From Styela clava (Eukaryota): 64,000 bases of DNA. The stretch is taken from the NCBI RefSeq assembly GCF_964204865.1, contig NC_135250.1, positions 6,696,001 to 6,760,000 on the forward strand. The letters run 5' to 3'. The notes beneath the pieces are model-generated. The model saw only the letters and a list, made by a program, of their open reading frames with translations. It ran no database searches and was not told the DNA's origin. Shown here in pieces: positions 11,421 to 24,785 of the stretch (its first letter is position 1; each line of letters opens with the position of its first letter). Made by a program: the position numbers and the translations under genes.

Positions 11421-12336
11421 TATAGGGCCTTAGGTTCAATTAAAGCTCTTGAATACGAATCTGAAAATGGAATTTAGATGTCTATTACATACACGTTTTA
11501 TATTTCATTTGCCATTCTATTACTTAAACTGGGGAGAACAAATTTAATATTCACGGAAAGAAGCGAATATAGTCGAAACACAAATACGTATGTAGGCTAT
11601 TGGGTTTAAACGCTTCACTGTCCAGCTCAAACAAACATCGCAAACTTACAGCGTGACTGAAAGAATTTCAAATTGTCAATATTTACTTGAGTGTATTGTC
11701 CACAAAAACAAATACATAATGCAATGCTGGACGAAAGTACAGGCCAAAAAAAAAATATTACAAACATTAATTGACATTGTATTAGAAAGAAACAAATCCT
11801 GAAAGTATTTGCTATACGTCATTTTGAACGTTTCGATTGTTGTATCATAAAAGCAACATTGCTCGCCATCATTGTTGAAGTTATTGGTTACGAAGTGGAC
11901 CCCCGGGTTATTTTGCTAATTTGTTGGGATCTTTTGTACGAAGCACCTGCCAAAAAAACACCCCTGCAACCGCTCAAAATAAAATAGTAATTATCCGGTT
12001 GGGGCTAAAAATGCAGATTGCTCTAAAAATTCAAATTTTTAAATCATTCCGAACCTTAACTAGATAGTTACTACCGGTAATTTTTTATTTTAAAACGTGG
12101 CGGGTGTGATTTCCTCAAATCTCGCATTTTTTCATTAGTGATGGGGGCTTTGTATAAAAGATCTATTTGTTGTTGATAATTGTGTTGTTTGGTGGTTGTT
12201 TCTGTGGTTCGTTTCTTCTGCAACTAATCGGAGTAAGTTCGTCCGTCTGTAAAGGCTGAAAATCCAAAACGATTCGCGTTTGTCCTGAAACATAAATTCA
12301 GAATTCACGGATGGCAAATTACATCACGCTCTAGAG

Positions 12337-13978
12337 CAGTGGTTCTTAAACTTATTGAGCCTCGCCCCCCTTTGAAAAATTTTATGAACTTCGCGCCCCC
12401 CCCCCCCTCTTTTTGCTTTGAAAAAATGCTTTTGTAATGGGCAAGTTGCTTTATAATAAGATGGCGCTGTGAGAGTGTTGGTCTCATAGTGTCATTGCTC
12501 AGATTATTTAGGCATAAAACGCATCGGGGTACAATTTCGCCCTTCACTATCGTATGTATAAAGCAATACACAAATACTGGTCATCATACATTCTCTTTTT
12601 TCCGCTCAGGTTGCAATACCTGGTGAAGTCAACTTAAATTTTACGTAAAATTAAGCACGCAATAAACGTATGCTCTTTGCGTGGTATTTTCTGCATATAC
12701 GTTTACGACGGGTAAAATTTCAATCATTTACTTCACTATTGAGCAATGCACAAATAATTACTGTATGTTAAAAATACACAACAATTACAGACTTCTTGGC
12801 TTGCCTAACATCTCTAAAATTCACTACCAAAACCTTTGGACAACCACTAGGTCAAAAATACAGTTTACACAATGGAGAAGTGCAAATGAATTTATGTAGA
12901 TTTGTAGCATAAAAAAGCCGTTCAATTGTAAAAAGTAATTATGCATGTGGACTTTTCCCGGCCCTTGAGCGCTGAAAAATAAAGTCCCTAATGACGTTTG
13001 CGATTGCATTTTGTTTAAATGTCCGATTGTTTTCGCCCTCATTTCTCTCAACAAATATTTTGTGCCGCGAAGACATAATTACTTTTTGCGTTCTCGCACA
13101 CCTGTGGGGAAAACGAGTTAGTATTTAATATATAATCATATCAGCGACGAGATGCTAAAGATAGAATGAAGAAGTGAATCCGCAACCAAAAATTTCTTGA
13201 TGAAAAAAGCGGCATTATAAAATACTAAAACTAAAACGGAATACACCAACGGATTTTGTTATGGGATGGAACGCGAAAGTTCAAAAACACTTTCTTAGAC
13301 ATCGCAAATCTCGTATATTCCTTGTTCCCGCGGCACACCTGTAGTGTGGATAAAGCAACCATTTCAAATATTTATATCGATCATGGATTGAATGTTTTAT
13401 TTAACAGGAAAACCAATACATATCCGTTGAAAAAGTCGGCTATTTCAACGAGTGGTGTAATCTCAACAACTGACCCAGGAGCCGTACCACGGGTGTTATG
13501 GGGCGATGAATATGTATTTCTGATTTATTAATATACTTTATATGTAATTTCATTGTACTATATTGAATATATATACTTTTTGGAGATTTTATACCAGATC
13601 TTTCTAACGACAATAACGAATTTGCATGAGCGCAATATATATCAAAACTAAATATTGTCGGACAGTTGATTTCACATCCTCATGCCCAGGGATTGATGTG
13701 GTATTTTAGATCTGTAATGAGTTTATTCTGTCATGAGTCGTCGCAACCGCGAGCTACCTTGAACACAAATGAAGTAAAATAGAGAGACATTTCGAATTCT
13801 TGTAGTTGTTATAGATTGAATAATGCGGGACAAAAAAGGGGTATTATACCGCGAAAAATCAGGCATTTTTAACGAACCTAAGACCGTTTCAGGTGACGTT
13901 GCATGGAAACTTTCGATTCCATCTTGTGACCTCTCGCGCCCCCCAAGGGGGGCACGCCCCCCAGTTTAAGAACCACTG
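12337..13978 (-). mobile_element. Decayed hAT (Buster/Charlie) element
   Basis: TIR CAGTGGTTCTTAAACT/AGTTTAAGAACCACTG. Minus-strand BED-finger remnant near 12420-12600 (KRMYDDQYL...PRCVLCLNNLSNDTMRPTLSQRHL). TSD degenerate. Confidence 0.65.
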
Positions 13979-15878
13979 TTTAGAAAAGTAGATTCGTATT
14001 CTGCTTGTCCTATACCCCGTAATATCAGGAATTCGAAGGTTAAGATTAAGATGCCACATGTTTATATATCGTACAAGTCTCACAATCGAATTACTCCTAT
14101 GAGCAGATATTGAAATACACTTCAAACTTTAATACTAGTATACAGTTGAAATGAAATTTACGGCTGACAAAGAACATGCTGACAAAAAAAGCACTCTCGT
14201 CCGAAGGCCGAAAATGCGTCACCAATCTTCTCGGCACAAGCAACGTTGCATTAAGCTTGACGCGAGTAAATCACCAAAAAGGAAACGATATCAAAACGAA
14301 CGATATCAAATTCCCCGTGTTGGACATACTAATAATATAAAGGGTTTAAATAACATTAAAAAATTCACAATAACAAATATATACTCGCTACATCACAATT
14401 CAACTTCATATTCGTTTTTTCCTTTAACTTATGCTACATCCGTTAAAATTTGACCAATATACCCCGTATGCAACATGCCGGTGCTGAAGATCCAGACATT
14501 TTTTGTCTGATTGATAACTCATACTTGAGTCCTGGCCTCGTAGGCCAGAAGAAAATCCGTACCCGAAAATTGGAAACGGATGCGGATCGGAGATTCATTC
14601 ATGGCTGGCCGTGGCTCATACTCGATCACAACATCTTCGTGATTTCCGTGTTCTTTTATTTGAACATTACTTCATGCACGCACCGTTGACATACTTAAGA
14701 CGGATTCTCGAGGAAAGAGATACCAATCTATGGTGACATTGAGAGTTTCCAGCAAAAAGCTAGAGAAAGTGTTTTCACTAATATTGTTGTGTTGTTTGTT
14801 GTTGATTTCTTTTGTCTCCTTGAACTTTGATCGAAGCTGGTCCTAGATTACTGTTATTAAATTCCGTTTCTGCTTTCAAAATAAAATTGATAAAAAGGGC
14901 TAGGCCGCTATGGAATAAGAATATCCCTCCAACATTACATTTTTATTTGTCTTGAGATAGGCTCAGATTTCTACAGTAGATCAGGTACGATCCATGTTCC
15001 GTGTGTTTGCTGTTGAAAGATTTCTGGCTTCTTGTGCGAGCATTCGATGAGGCGTGTGCAAACTCCTGAAAGCATGTGAACTAAGCTGTTTGCAAACACT
15101 ACCATCAATCAGGTTTAAGCATCATGCACGCATCGTTGATTTAATTAAGACGGATGGAGAAAGAGATAACAATCTCTGGTGACCATGAGACTTCCCAGCA
15201 AAAATCTAGAGAAGAAAGTGTTTTCACTGATATGCAATTGTAATGAATGTGAACTAATAGCAACCGATGTAGACCACCTGTACATACATCATTGATCCAC
15301 TTACAGATGAATTCTATTGCAATTGAGTCAGGTTTAGAATTTCAGATTGGAAATAAATAAAAATGTCAGAAACTTTATTATTCGCTCCTTTTACCCAAAG
15401 AGTGTTGTTTGTGGAAATGATATCATACATTTTGATTATATACCCTACGATTACTTGTTGCGATAGCTATCGATCTCAAGTTCAGGATATATATGCAAAA
15501 AATGTAAATTGCAGCTGTTTTATCCACAGAGATTTATGCTTTTATTTAACTAAGTGTCATACATGGTTCACGAATAAATACTGTGTCGGAAAGTTATCAA
15601 GTTCAAATTGTTTCGTTAACTGCATCACGTCCTGCTTTGATATCGCAATGCCGACATAACGAAAGCTTTATTACAGCAAATGCAGCAGAGCACTGAAGCT
15701 GACAATCGCTCAGTGATCTTACTGCCGGCAGTTAAGTAAGTTACTCGCATTATGCTATATACTCATACAAGATGCTTAGATTGAATAATAATGAAATATA
15801 AAAAAAAATTTACATTTAAAATGAGAATCGTTTTTTCAGATTTTAATTTAAATAAGAACGAATACGAATTTGATTACA

Positions 15879-16652
15879 ATGTCGCTCAGATTATCGGGAA
15901 AGGCGGCTATGGTAACTGGAGGGGGAAGTGGGATTGGACGATCGGTTTCTGAACTGTTCGCTAGAGAAGGTTGTAGTGTTGCAATTTTGGATCTAAACCA
16001 AGACGGGCTGGATGAAACATTAAAACTTCTTGATACGAACCATGGTAACGTACATTGTACAATCAAGTCCGATGTAAGCTCTTCCGATCAAGCAAAAGAA
16101 GCCTTCAAGACTGCCGAAGAAAAACTTGGGAAAAAAATTACAGTGCTTGTTAACTGTGCAGGAATAGCAACCACTCCATCTTCTTTTGACCAGATGGAGG
16201 AAACTGTCTTCGACGACCTTATTCGAGTTAATTTGAAAGGTACTTTCATAATGTGCAAGCAATTTTTGTTGTCACTGGAAAAGTTTAACACTAATTCCAA
16301 TGACACCCGAGCCACCGTGGTAAATATATCGAGCTCTACTGTCATCAAATGCGTAGCAGAAATGTCCGATTATATCGCTTCTAAATTTGGGGTCGTTGGC
16401 ATCACCAAAACCTTGGCTTTGGATTATGGAAAACATAAAGTTCGATGCAATGCAGTGTTACCTGGCCTAACTACAACGCCACTACTAAAGACGTTTCCCA
16501 GAGATTTTCTACAAGCGATTGAAGAGGGTATACCGATGAAAAGATTGGCAAAACCCGAGGAAATAGCAAAATGTATTTTATTCCTGGCATCTGATGAAAG
16601 TTCATACGTGAACGGGGCATGCCTCGAAATCACTGGAGGCTATGGTTTATAA
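15879..16652 (+). CDS. HSD17B8: HSD17B8-like SDR, copy 2, 257 aa
   Basis: Intact ORF with TGGGSGIG, NCAG, NISS, YIASK. ATG at 15879 by alignment with the paralogs (the ORF track starts at an upstream TTG). Confidence 0.88.
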   Translation: MSLRLSGKAAMVTGGGSGIGRSVSELFAREGCSVAILDLNQDGLDETLKLLDTNHGNVHCTIKSDVSSSDQAKEAFKTAEEKLGKKITVLVNCAGIATTPSSFDQMEETVFDDLIRVNLKGTFIMCKQFLLSLEKFNTNSNDTRATVVNISSSTVIKCVAEMSDYIASKFGVVGITKTLALDYGKHKVRCNAVLPGLTTTPLLKTFPRDFLQAIEEGIPMKRLAKPEEIAKCILFLASDESSYVNGACLEITGGYGL

Positions 16653-17323
16653 TTAACAGTGGGATGATATGCTGATTGGCATTCCAAAGAACTCACTAAT
16701 CATTGTCAATATTCTGCAATCATATGACTAAAATCATGTTGTGAATTGATATATAATATGTATATATATATATATATATACATACTGAATTTAGAAATTT
16801 GTTTACCGATACTGAGAGAATAAAATGTTTGATAATGTGAATGTATCTTTGAAAATTTTTGCGAAGGTAGGACCTCCTGAAACAAATCCTTTAGAGCTCA
16901 GTATAAGTGAATAATCCCCAATCATTCAAAATTTGTCCGAATTAAAGTTTTTAACAACGTTGGCTGTCAAACTGAAACTGGGGACATGTACCGTACGTTT
17001 CAGCCCACGTATATTTGGTCCTTCAACTTTACACCGATGAACGTTATCTATGGTACATTTACACACAGGGGCATCGGTACCAACGGGAATTGCACCCATA
17101 TATATTTGCATCGTATTAAATATATAAGCCGGCTGATCATTTTTTGTAAATTGTCAGAGCATAAGATATCTGAGCCAAACATTGATTGATATTTTTTATC
17201 ATCAGCGAGTTGATTTTAGCTTATTGGCCATTGAAGCCACGATTCAAAAAGACGAAAAACACAAATCTGATTAAAGATTTTTAAATAACTTGTTTCTGTC
17301 GTGGCTTTCGATTGTATATAATT

Positions 17324-18811
17324 CAGGGGTGCCCAACAAGTCGATCGCCTTCCCTTAAGTAGTCGATAGCGTCTGGTGTTGAGTGAATTTAATAACATAC
17401 CACAAAAAAATACTCCGAACCAATTTTATGCAGCGCCTCTCGTGTGTTTTAAAACAGAAAGAATGCAGTCCTGCACATGCGCAAAATACGTCATACATAT
17501 ACAGTATTTGAGCCCGGGCAAGCATATTACGTAACAAAAGTTTCGCCGCTGCCGAAGTTTAGAAATGACCTTGCCGAATTTCGTGCGCCTTGAATCGCGA
17601 ACGATCCTACGATACTTCTGTAGCATGCGAAAGTTATTGCGTCACTCCAACAGGAGAGTGATAAATTTATTCGCAACTGTTGTAGTTCGGGGTGACCCCC
17701 TCCCTCTAGATTGAATTTTTGGAAAAATGAAAAAGTCGCTAATAACGCGTGCATTTGCATTTTGTTAAAATCGTCGATTGTTTTCGTCAGCGTGACGTGT
17801 TATTTAATCCGTAAACACCTTTACGTCGGTGTTTATTCCACCTAAATCACAATTTTTTTCTCAACATATATATGTCTTGTGCCACGAGAACGACGGTAAT
17901 AACTTTTTTCTCACACGGAACTGTGAAACCAGTGAGAAAAACGAGTTATTATGTAAACATCGGCGACGAGAATCGAGATGCTAAAAAAAATTGAAAAAGT
18001 TAGTTTTGATTTAGGAATACCGCAACAGCTCACAATACTATTTTAGAGATTGTTAACTGACAAATTTCGTGTGCTATGACGCACATTTTGATTGATTGGC
18101 TTTTGAAACCATATAGTCACTGTAAATTGAGACAGTTAATTTTGAGCGCAATGTACCTTTTGATCAATTCTAAAATTACTGACGGGCCTAACGCAACTTG
18201 ATATAAAAGTAATATGAGTTTAAAGTAAATTCAATCAATTTTTTTTGTACTAAAATAAGTTTTACTCCGATATCGCAGACGAAAAGATTTTTTTAACGAT
18301 AATATTTTCACTCTAATCTTTAAATTAGAGTGAAGCCAGTGCTGCTCACATTTGTTGAGTTCACGAAATCGCAAAACGATATATATTCGGGCACTTTACC
18401 ACACATGTTTATGTCCGCAGATTGCCGTATTATTTCAGAGTAATAATGCTTTTATTTTGTCGAAGCAACCGCAGGTTAAGTTGGACACAATTAAACTGGT
18501 AAAGCAAGACATTTGAAATATGCCTAATGGATTCAATTACTTTGGGCGAAAAAAAATTACACGCTAAAAAATCGGCTCGTTTTATGTTCGAAAAGTTAGA
18601 CAAGCACTTTTACTGTGCGATTTATTCAAGAATGCGCCCACATAGCCAGGCTTATTTGCAGCGATGGAATTTTTTGTATGCGTGTGTACAGTCATCTGCA
18701 TATTCTTCTATACGCATTGGTTGTATGAACTTATGACCTAACGATCAGTCGATCGCGAGCTATTTTGAAGATTTTAGTCGATCGCGGTCGAAAGCAGGTT
18801 GGCCACCCGTG
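17324..18811. mobile_element. Non-autonomous hAT-like element
   Basis: Ends CAGGGGTGCCCAAC / GTTGGCCACCCGTG with subterminal GTCGATCGC motifs. The paralogous site at ~23620 is empty. Internal sequence is shared with ~12980-13750 and ~21945-23100. Confidence 0.6.
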
Positions 18812-19127
18812 GACTATTATAATATGTTGTAGTATGGTGTTTTGTCGCGTTATCCATGATTGCTATGTCCGTATATTTGCGTTTACCAATATTTTCTACA
18901 CACCAAATGCCTGAAGGGCGCATTGTGAGCAAATATATACAGAATACAGGATTCCAGATCATTCATTCGTGCCGATGTTTATTAACATGTACAACAAGTT
19001 TTTGCCTCATTAGCTATTGTTCAAATAGGTAATATTATGGGGAACAAACCGATGTGATGTTTATAAATTTAAAATGAAGATCGTTTCTTTCAGATTTTAA
19101 ATTAAACGAATAAGATATTTTTGTACA

Positions 19128-19874
19128 ATGTCGCACAGATTATCGGGAAAGGCTGCTGTTGTAACTGGAGGGGAAAGTGAAATTGGGCAATCGATTTCTG
19201 AATTATTTGCTAGAGAAGGTTGCAGTGTGGCAATTTTGGATTTAAATCAAGACGGGATGGAGGAAACATTAAAAGTTCTCTTGCACTATTAAGGCGGATG
19301 TGACCTCATCCGACCAAGCACAAAGGGCCTTCGAGACTGCCGAGGAAAAACTTGGAAAAAAAAATTGCAGTTCTTGCTGCGCAGAAATCGCAACCAGTCC
19401 AATTTCTCTTGACCAGATGGAAGAAACTGACTTCGACGACGTTATTCGAGGTAATTTGAAAGGTACTTTCATGATGTGCAAGCAATTTTTGTTGTCACTG
19501 GAAAAGTTCAACACTAATTGCAATGACACCCGAGCAACCGAGGTGAATATATCGAGCGGTACTGTCATCAAATGCGTAGCAAAAGTGTCCGATTATATTG
19601 CTTCTAAATTTGGGGTCGTTGGCATCACCAAAACCTTGGCTGTGGAATATGGAAAACATGAAGTTCGATGCAATGCAGTGTTACCTGGTCTAACTACAAC
19701 GCCACTGCTAACGACGTTTACCAGAGATTTTCTACAAGCGATTGAAGAGGGTATACCGATGAAAAGATTGGCGAAAGCAGACAAAATAGCAAAATGTATT
19801 TTATCCTGGCATTCGACGAGAGTTCGTACGTAAACGGGGCATGTCTCGAAATCACTGGAGGATATAGTTTATAA
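19128..19874 (+). pseudogene. SDR pseudogene, copy 3
   Basis: Aligns to the paralogs but the glycine motif is mutated (GGESEIG), there is a frameshifting deletion at ~19280, and further indels occur at ~19365-19380 and near the 3' end. Confidence 0.85.
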
Positions 19875-20778
19875 TTTCCAGACGTAGAATCCGTCGATTG
19901 TCATTCCAGAGAACTCGCTATTCGTGCATTGTCAATAATTAGTAGTTATATGACTGAAATCATGTTGTGAATTGATATATATATATATATATATCAAATT
20001 CCAAACTTCAGAAATTTTTTAGCTGGCATTGAGAGAATAAAATGTTTAATAATGTGAATGTACGTATATATACTGTATTTGAAACATACTGCCGAGGAGG
20101 GATCGCCTAAGCAATACCAAATAAAGCTAAGTAAAAGTGTTTAATCTTCAACCATTCAATTTGCCCGAATTAAAGTTTCAATAATGTTGGCTATTGAACT
20201 GGCGATGGCGACATGGTCACCGTACCTTTTACCCTACGTACACTTGCTTATTCAACTTTGCACCAATGAACGTTAACACCGACAGACAGTTGTATCCATG
20301 TTTGCTTTAATCTAATGTACATTTGCACACAGGGGCATTGATGCCAACGGTAATTTGCGTCGTATTGAATACATAAGCGGGCTGGCATTTTTGAAAGTTG
20401 TTACAGCGTGAAGTATCTGATCACGATATAGCATTGTAACTTACGAGGTATTCTGTGCAGCTTGACTGAGAAACCTGACCACCACGCATTAGTCTAAATT
20501 CGGTATTGAAACTGAATTACAGTGAAATGAATTGTGCTTTGCCCAAAGGCGGGAACTTTTGAGTCTGTACTCTTGCAAATTGTATGTAGCTGTTGTACAG
20601 TCCACACGTAAGGATTTGATCACTATTCAAAGTTTCGAGGAAACGATAAATAAGATTAGACCTGAAGAATGTATATATATATATATATAGGTAACAAACC
20701 GATGTGATGGTTATAAATTTAAAATGAAGATCGTTTTTTTTCAGATTTTAATTTAAACGAATAAGATATTTTTGTACA

Positions 20779-21552
20779 ATGTCGCTCAGATTATCCGGAA
20801 AAGCTGCTGTTGTAACTGGAGGGGGAAGTGGGATTGGGCAATCGGTTTCTGAATTATTTGCTAGAGAAGGTTGCAGTGTTGCAGTTTTGGATCTTAATCA
20901 AGACGGGATGGATGAAACATTGAAACTACTTGATACGAACCATGGCAATGTACATTGCACAATCAAGGCGGATGTAAGCTCTTCCGATCAAGCAAAAGAG
21001 GCCTTCAGGACTGCCGAAGAAAAACTTGGAAAAAAAATTACAGTGCTTGTTAACTGTGCAGGAATTGTAACCACTCCATTTTCTTTTGACCAGATGGGGG
21101 AAACTGCCTTCGACGACGTTATTCGAGTTAATTTGAAAGGTACTTTCATAATGTGCAAGCAATTTTTGTTGTCACTGGCAAACTTTAATACCAATTCTAA
21201 TGACACCCGAGCAACCGTGGTAAATATATCGAGCCTTAATGGCGTAAAATGCGTAGCAGAAGCGTCCAGTTATGCTGCATCTAAATTTGGGGTCGTTGGC
21301 ATCACCAAAACCTTGGCTTTGGAATACGAAAAACATAAAGTTCGATGCAATGCAGTGTTACCTGGCCTAACTAAAACGCCACTACTAAAGTCAATTCCCA
21401 GAGATTTTCTACAAGCGATTGAAGAGGGTATACCGATGAAAAGATTGGCCAAACCCGAGGAAGTAGCAAAATGTATTTTATTCCTGGCATCCGATGATAG
21501 TTCGTACGTGAACGGGGCATGCCTCGAAATCACTGGAGGATATGGTTTATAG
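20779..21552 (+). CDS. HSD17B8: HSD17B8-like SDR, copy 4, 257 aa
   Basis: Intact ORF with TGGGSGIG, NCAG, NISS, YAASK. Confidence 0.88.
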   Translation: MSLRLSGKAAVVTGGGSGIGQSVSELFAREGCSVAVLDLNQDGMDETLKLLDTNHGNVHCTIKADVSSSDQAKEAFRTAEEKLGKKITVLVNCAGIVTTPFSFDQMGETAFDDVIRVNLKGTFIMCKQFLLSLANFNTNSNDTRATVVNISSLNGVKCVAEASSYAASKFGVVGITKTLALEYEKHKVRCNAVLPGLTKTPLLKSIPRDFLQAIEEGIPMKRLAKPEEVAKCILFLASDDSSYVNGACLEITGGYGL

Positions 21553-24011
21553 TTTACAGTGGGTTGATATTCTAAATTAATCACGTATTGTCAATATTCT
21601 TACATGACTGAAATCATGTTAGGAGTTGACATATATACTAAATTTAAAACTTTAGAATTTTTTTTACCGACATTAAGAGAATAAAATGTTTAGTAATGTG
21701 AATGCGTACTGTATTTGAAACATACTACGAAGGAGAGATCGCCCAAGCATAACCAAATAGAGCTAAGTATAAGTGATTAATCCTCGACCACTCAAAATTT
21801 ATCCGAATTATTGTTTTTAATAATTTTGGCTATCAAACTGATACTGGCGATAGGTAGCCTACCGTACGTTTTATCCCACGTACAATGAACGTTAACACCC
21901 ACAGACAGTTATATTCAGTGGCGCCAATTTTTGGAAAATTCTCTAATAACGCGTGCGATTGCATTTTGCTAAAATCGCTGGTTGTTTTGAGTCAGCGTGA
22001 AGTGTTATTGAGACCGTAAACACCTTTACGTTGGTATTTATTCTACCTAAATTGCAAATTTCCCACATATTTGTGAATCCGATGAGAGGTATTATACATT
22101 CATCGGCGATGAACGACTAAGACAAATAAGGGGGTGAATGCGCGACGCAAATTTTTTGATTGAAAAGCGGCAATGTAAAATACTCAAAATAAAACCGTAA
22201 ACAATATAGGTTTAGTTGCAGGAGGCCCGCCACAGAATAAAACGCCTATTTCGTACGCCTAAGGCACACATTATGTTTGGTCGGCGCTGAGAACCAACCA
22301 TACAAACACTACAATCGAAATACCTTTTTATCCATTACTTCAAATTTCCGTCGAAAATTTTTGTGGTATTATTATATACAAGGTCGGAAACGCGACTTGT
22401 TTCAGAGTTGCAATGATATAAGATAATTAATTAACGTATATTCAATCAATTTTGATTGTACTAAAATAAATTTTACTTCACTAGATTTTATAGCAGACTT
22501 GGGGATTTTTCTAACGGTTTTATCTTAAAAATAATCTGAGTGGCAGCATTGCGATAGAGCGGAGTCAGTCTTGCAAGTACAGCTCAGTACAGCTCAATTG
22601 TCGACTTCGCAAAATGGCCAAAATACGGATCAAAACTAGATATAATGGGAAAGTTTACAATTGAATTAATAAAGCAAGACATTTTAAAAATACGTATCGG
22701 ACATGGTTTGAGCACTTTGCACAACAGAAAAACATTACTATATATCCGTCGAAAAAGTCGTTCTGCGTGAATTTCGAGGCGATGAATATGTATTTTCGAT
22801 TTACTGATACAATTTATAAGTATTTAATTGTACTTCACGGGATTTTATCACAGATCTTGAGATTTTTTTACGGCGATAACGAATTCGCAAGATCGCAAAA
22901 TAAAATATTAAAACTAAATACAATTAGTCATGTTTATTTTCTATTTTCACGTCAATAGATTGACGTGGTTTTAGATTAGTAATGTTTATATTTTGACACA
23001 AGAAGACACAACCGCGAGTTACGCTGGACACAATTATATTAATATTGAAAGAAATTTTAGATTCTCGTAGCTGTCACGAATTGAATATTTTATGCGACAA
23101 AAAGTCGGTATACGCTGAAAATGTTGGCTCTACTTACCGAGCGCGTAATCGCGGCCTCTGTTACAGAAGGGAATGGAAACTTCCGAATTTGAAACCATCC
23201 CCTTTTTTGAAAATTCTGGCTACTCGCCTGGCTGCAACTATGTCTGTTTTAATATAATGAACATTTGCACACAGGGGCGTTGGTTACAACGGGAATCGTT
23301 GAGTATATAACCGGGCTGGTTATTTCTCCAAATTGATAAGGCATAAGGTATCCGAACCAAATAGCGCATTGTCTGGTAATCACTGCAACTTGATTGCGAG
23401 ATCTGGCCACAACGCATTATTCTAAATTAAGTCTCGAAACCGGTTTAGTCATAATATATTATATTTTCGGATTCAGATTGAAAGGACAAGAGAAAAAGTA
23501 TATTTTTTGAACATAAGTCAGTTGTTTTCAGCTACTTGGGTAGTTAGTGGAGCTACGATTAAAAACACGAATCTAATAAAAGATTTCTATATAACTTGTT
23601 TGTGTCGAAGCTTTCGATTGTATATATTATAATATGTTATATATTTACGGTAATAGTATGTTATTTTGTCGTGTTATTCGTGATTGCTATGTCCGTATAT
23701 TTGCGTTTTCTCATATTTTCTGCACATTAAATGCCTAAAGGGCGAATTGCGAGCAGTAATCCAGAACACAAGATTTCAGATCATTAATTCGCGGCGGTGT
23801 TTATTAACATGCAAAACAGGTTTTTGTTCATTCGCTGTTCTACAGGACACACGCAAGAATATGATCACAATTCAAAGTTTCGAGGAAACGATTAATAAAA
23901 TTAGACCTGAAGAAATAATTTATAGGTAACAAACCGATGTAAATTTCAAATGAAGTACTTTTTTTTTCACATTCTAACTTAAACGAATAATTTAGTACAA
24001 TAATAAGAACA

Positions 24012-24785
24012 ATGTCGCTCAGATTATCTGGAAAGGCTGCTGTTGTAACTGGAGGGGGAAGTGGAATTGGGCGATCTGTTTCTGAAATATTCGCTAGAGA
24101 AGGTTGCAGTGTAGCAGTTTTGGATTTAAATCAAGACGGGATGGAGGAAACATTAAAAGTTCTCGATTTTGACCATGGTAACACACACTGCACTATTAAG
24201 GCAGACGTGACCTCTTCCGATCAAGCAAAAGAGGCCTTCAAGAATGCCGAGGAAAAACTTGGTAAAAAAATTACAGTTCTCGTTAACTGTGCAGGAATTG
24301 CAACCAGTCCAAGTTCTTTTGACCAGATGAAGGAAACTCACTTCGACGACGTTATTCAAGTTAATTTGAAAGGTACTTTTATAATGTGCAAGCAATTTTT
24401 GTTGTCACTGGAAAACTTCAATACTAATTCCAATGACACCCGAGCAACAGTGGTGAATATATCTAGCATTGCTGGCATAAAAGGCATAGGAGAAATGTCC
24501 AACTATGTTGCTTCTAAATTTGGAGTCGTTGGCATCACCAAAACCTTGGCTTTGGAATACGGAAAACATAAAGTTCGATGCAATGCGGTCTCACCTGGCC
24601 TGACCACAACGCCAATACTAAAGGTGTTTTCTAGAGATTTTCTACAAGCGATTGAAGAGGGTATACCGATGAAAAGATTGGCGAAACCTGAAGAAATAGC
24701 GAAATGCATTTTATTCTTGGCATCCGATGAGAGTTCGTACGTAAACGGGGCATGCCTCGAAATCACTGGAGGATATGGTGTATAA
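24012..24785 (+). CDS. HSD17B8: HSD17B8-like SDR, copy 5, 257 aa
   Basis: Intact ORF with TGGGSGIG, NCAG, NISS, YVASK. Confidence 0.88.
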   Translation: MSLRLSGKAAVVTGGGSGIGRSVSEIFAREGCSVAVLDLNQDGMEETLKVLDFDHGNTHCTIKADVTSSDQAKEAFKNAEEKLGKKITVLVNCAGIATSPSSFDQMKETHFDDVIQVNLKGTFIMCKQFLLSLENFNTNSNDTRATVVNISSIAGIKGIGEMSNYVASKFGVVGITKTLALEYGKHKVRCNAVSPGLTTTPILKVFSRDFLQAIEEGIPMKRLAKPEEIAKCILFLASDESSYVNGACLEITGGYGV

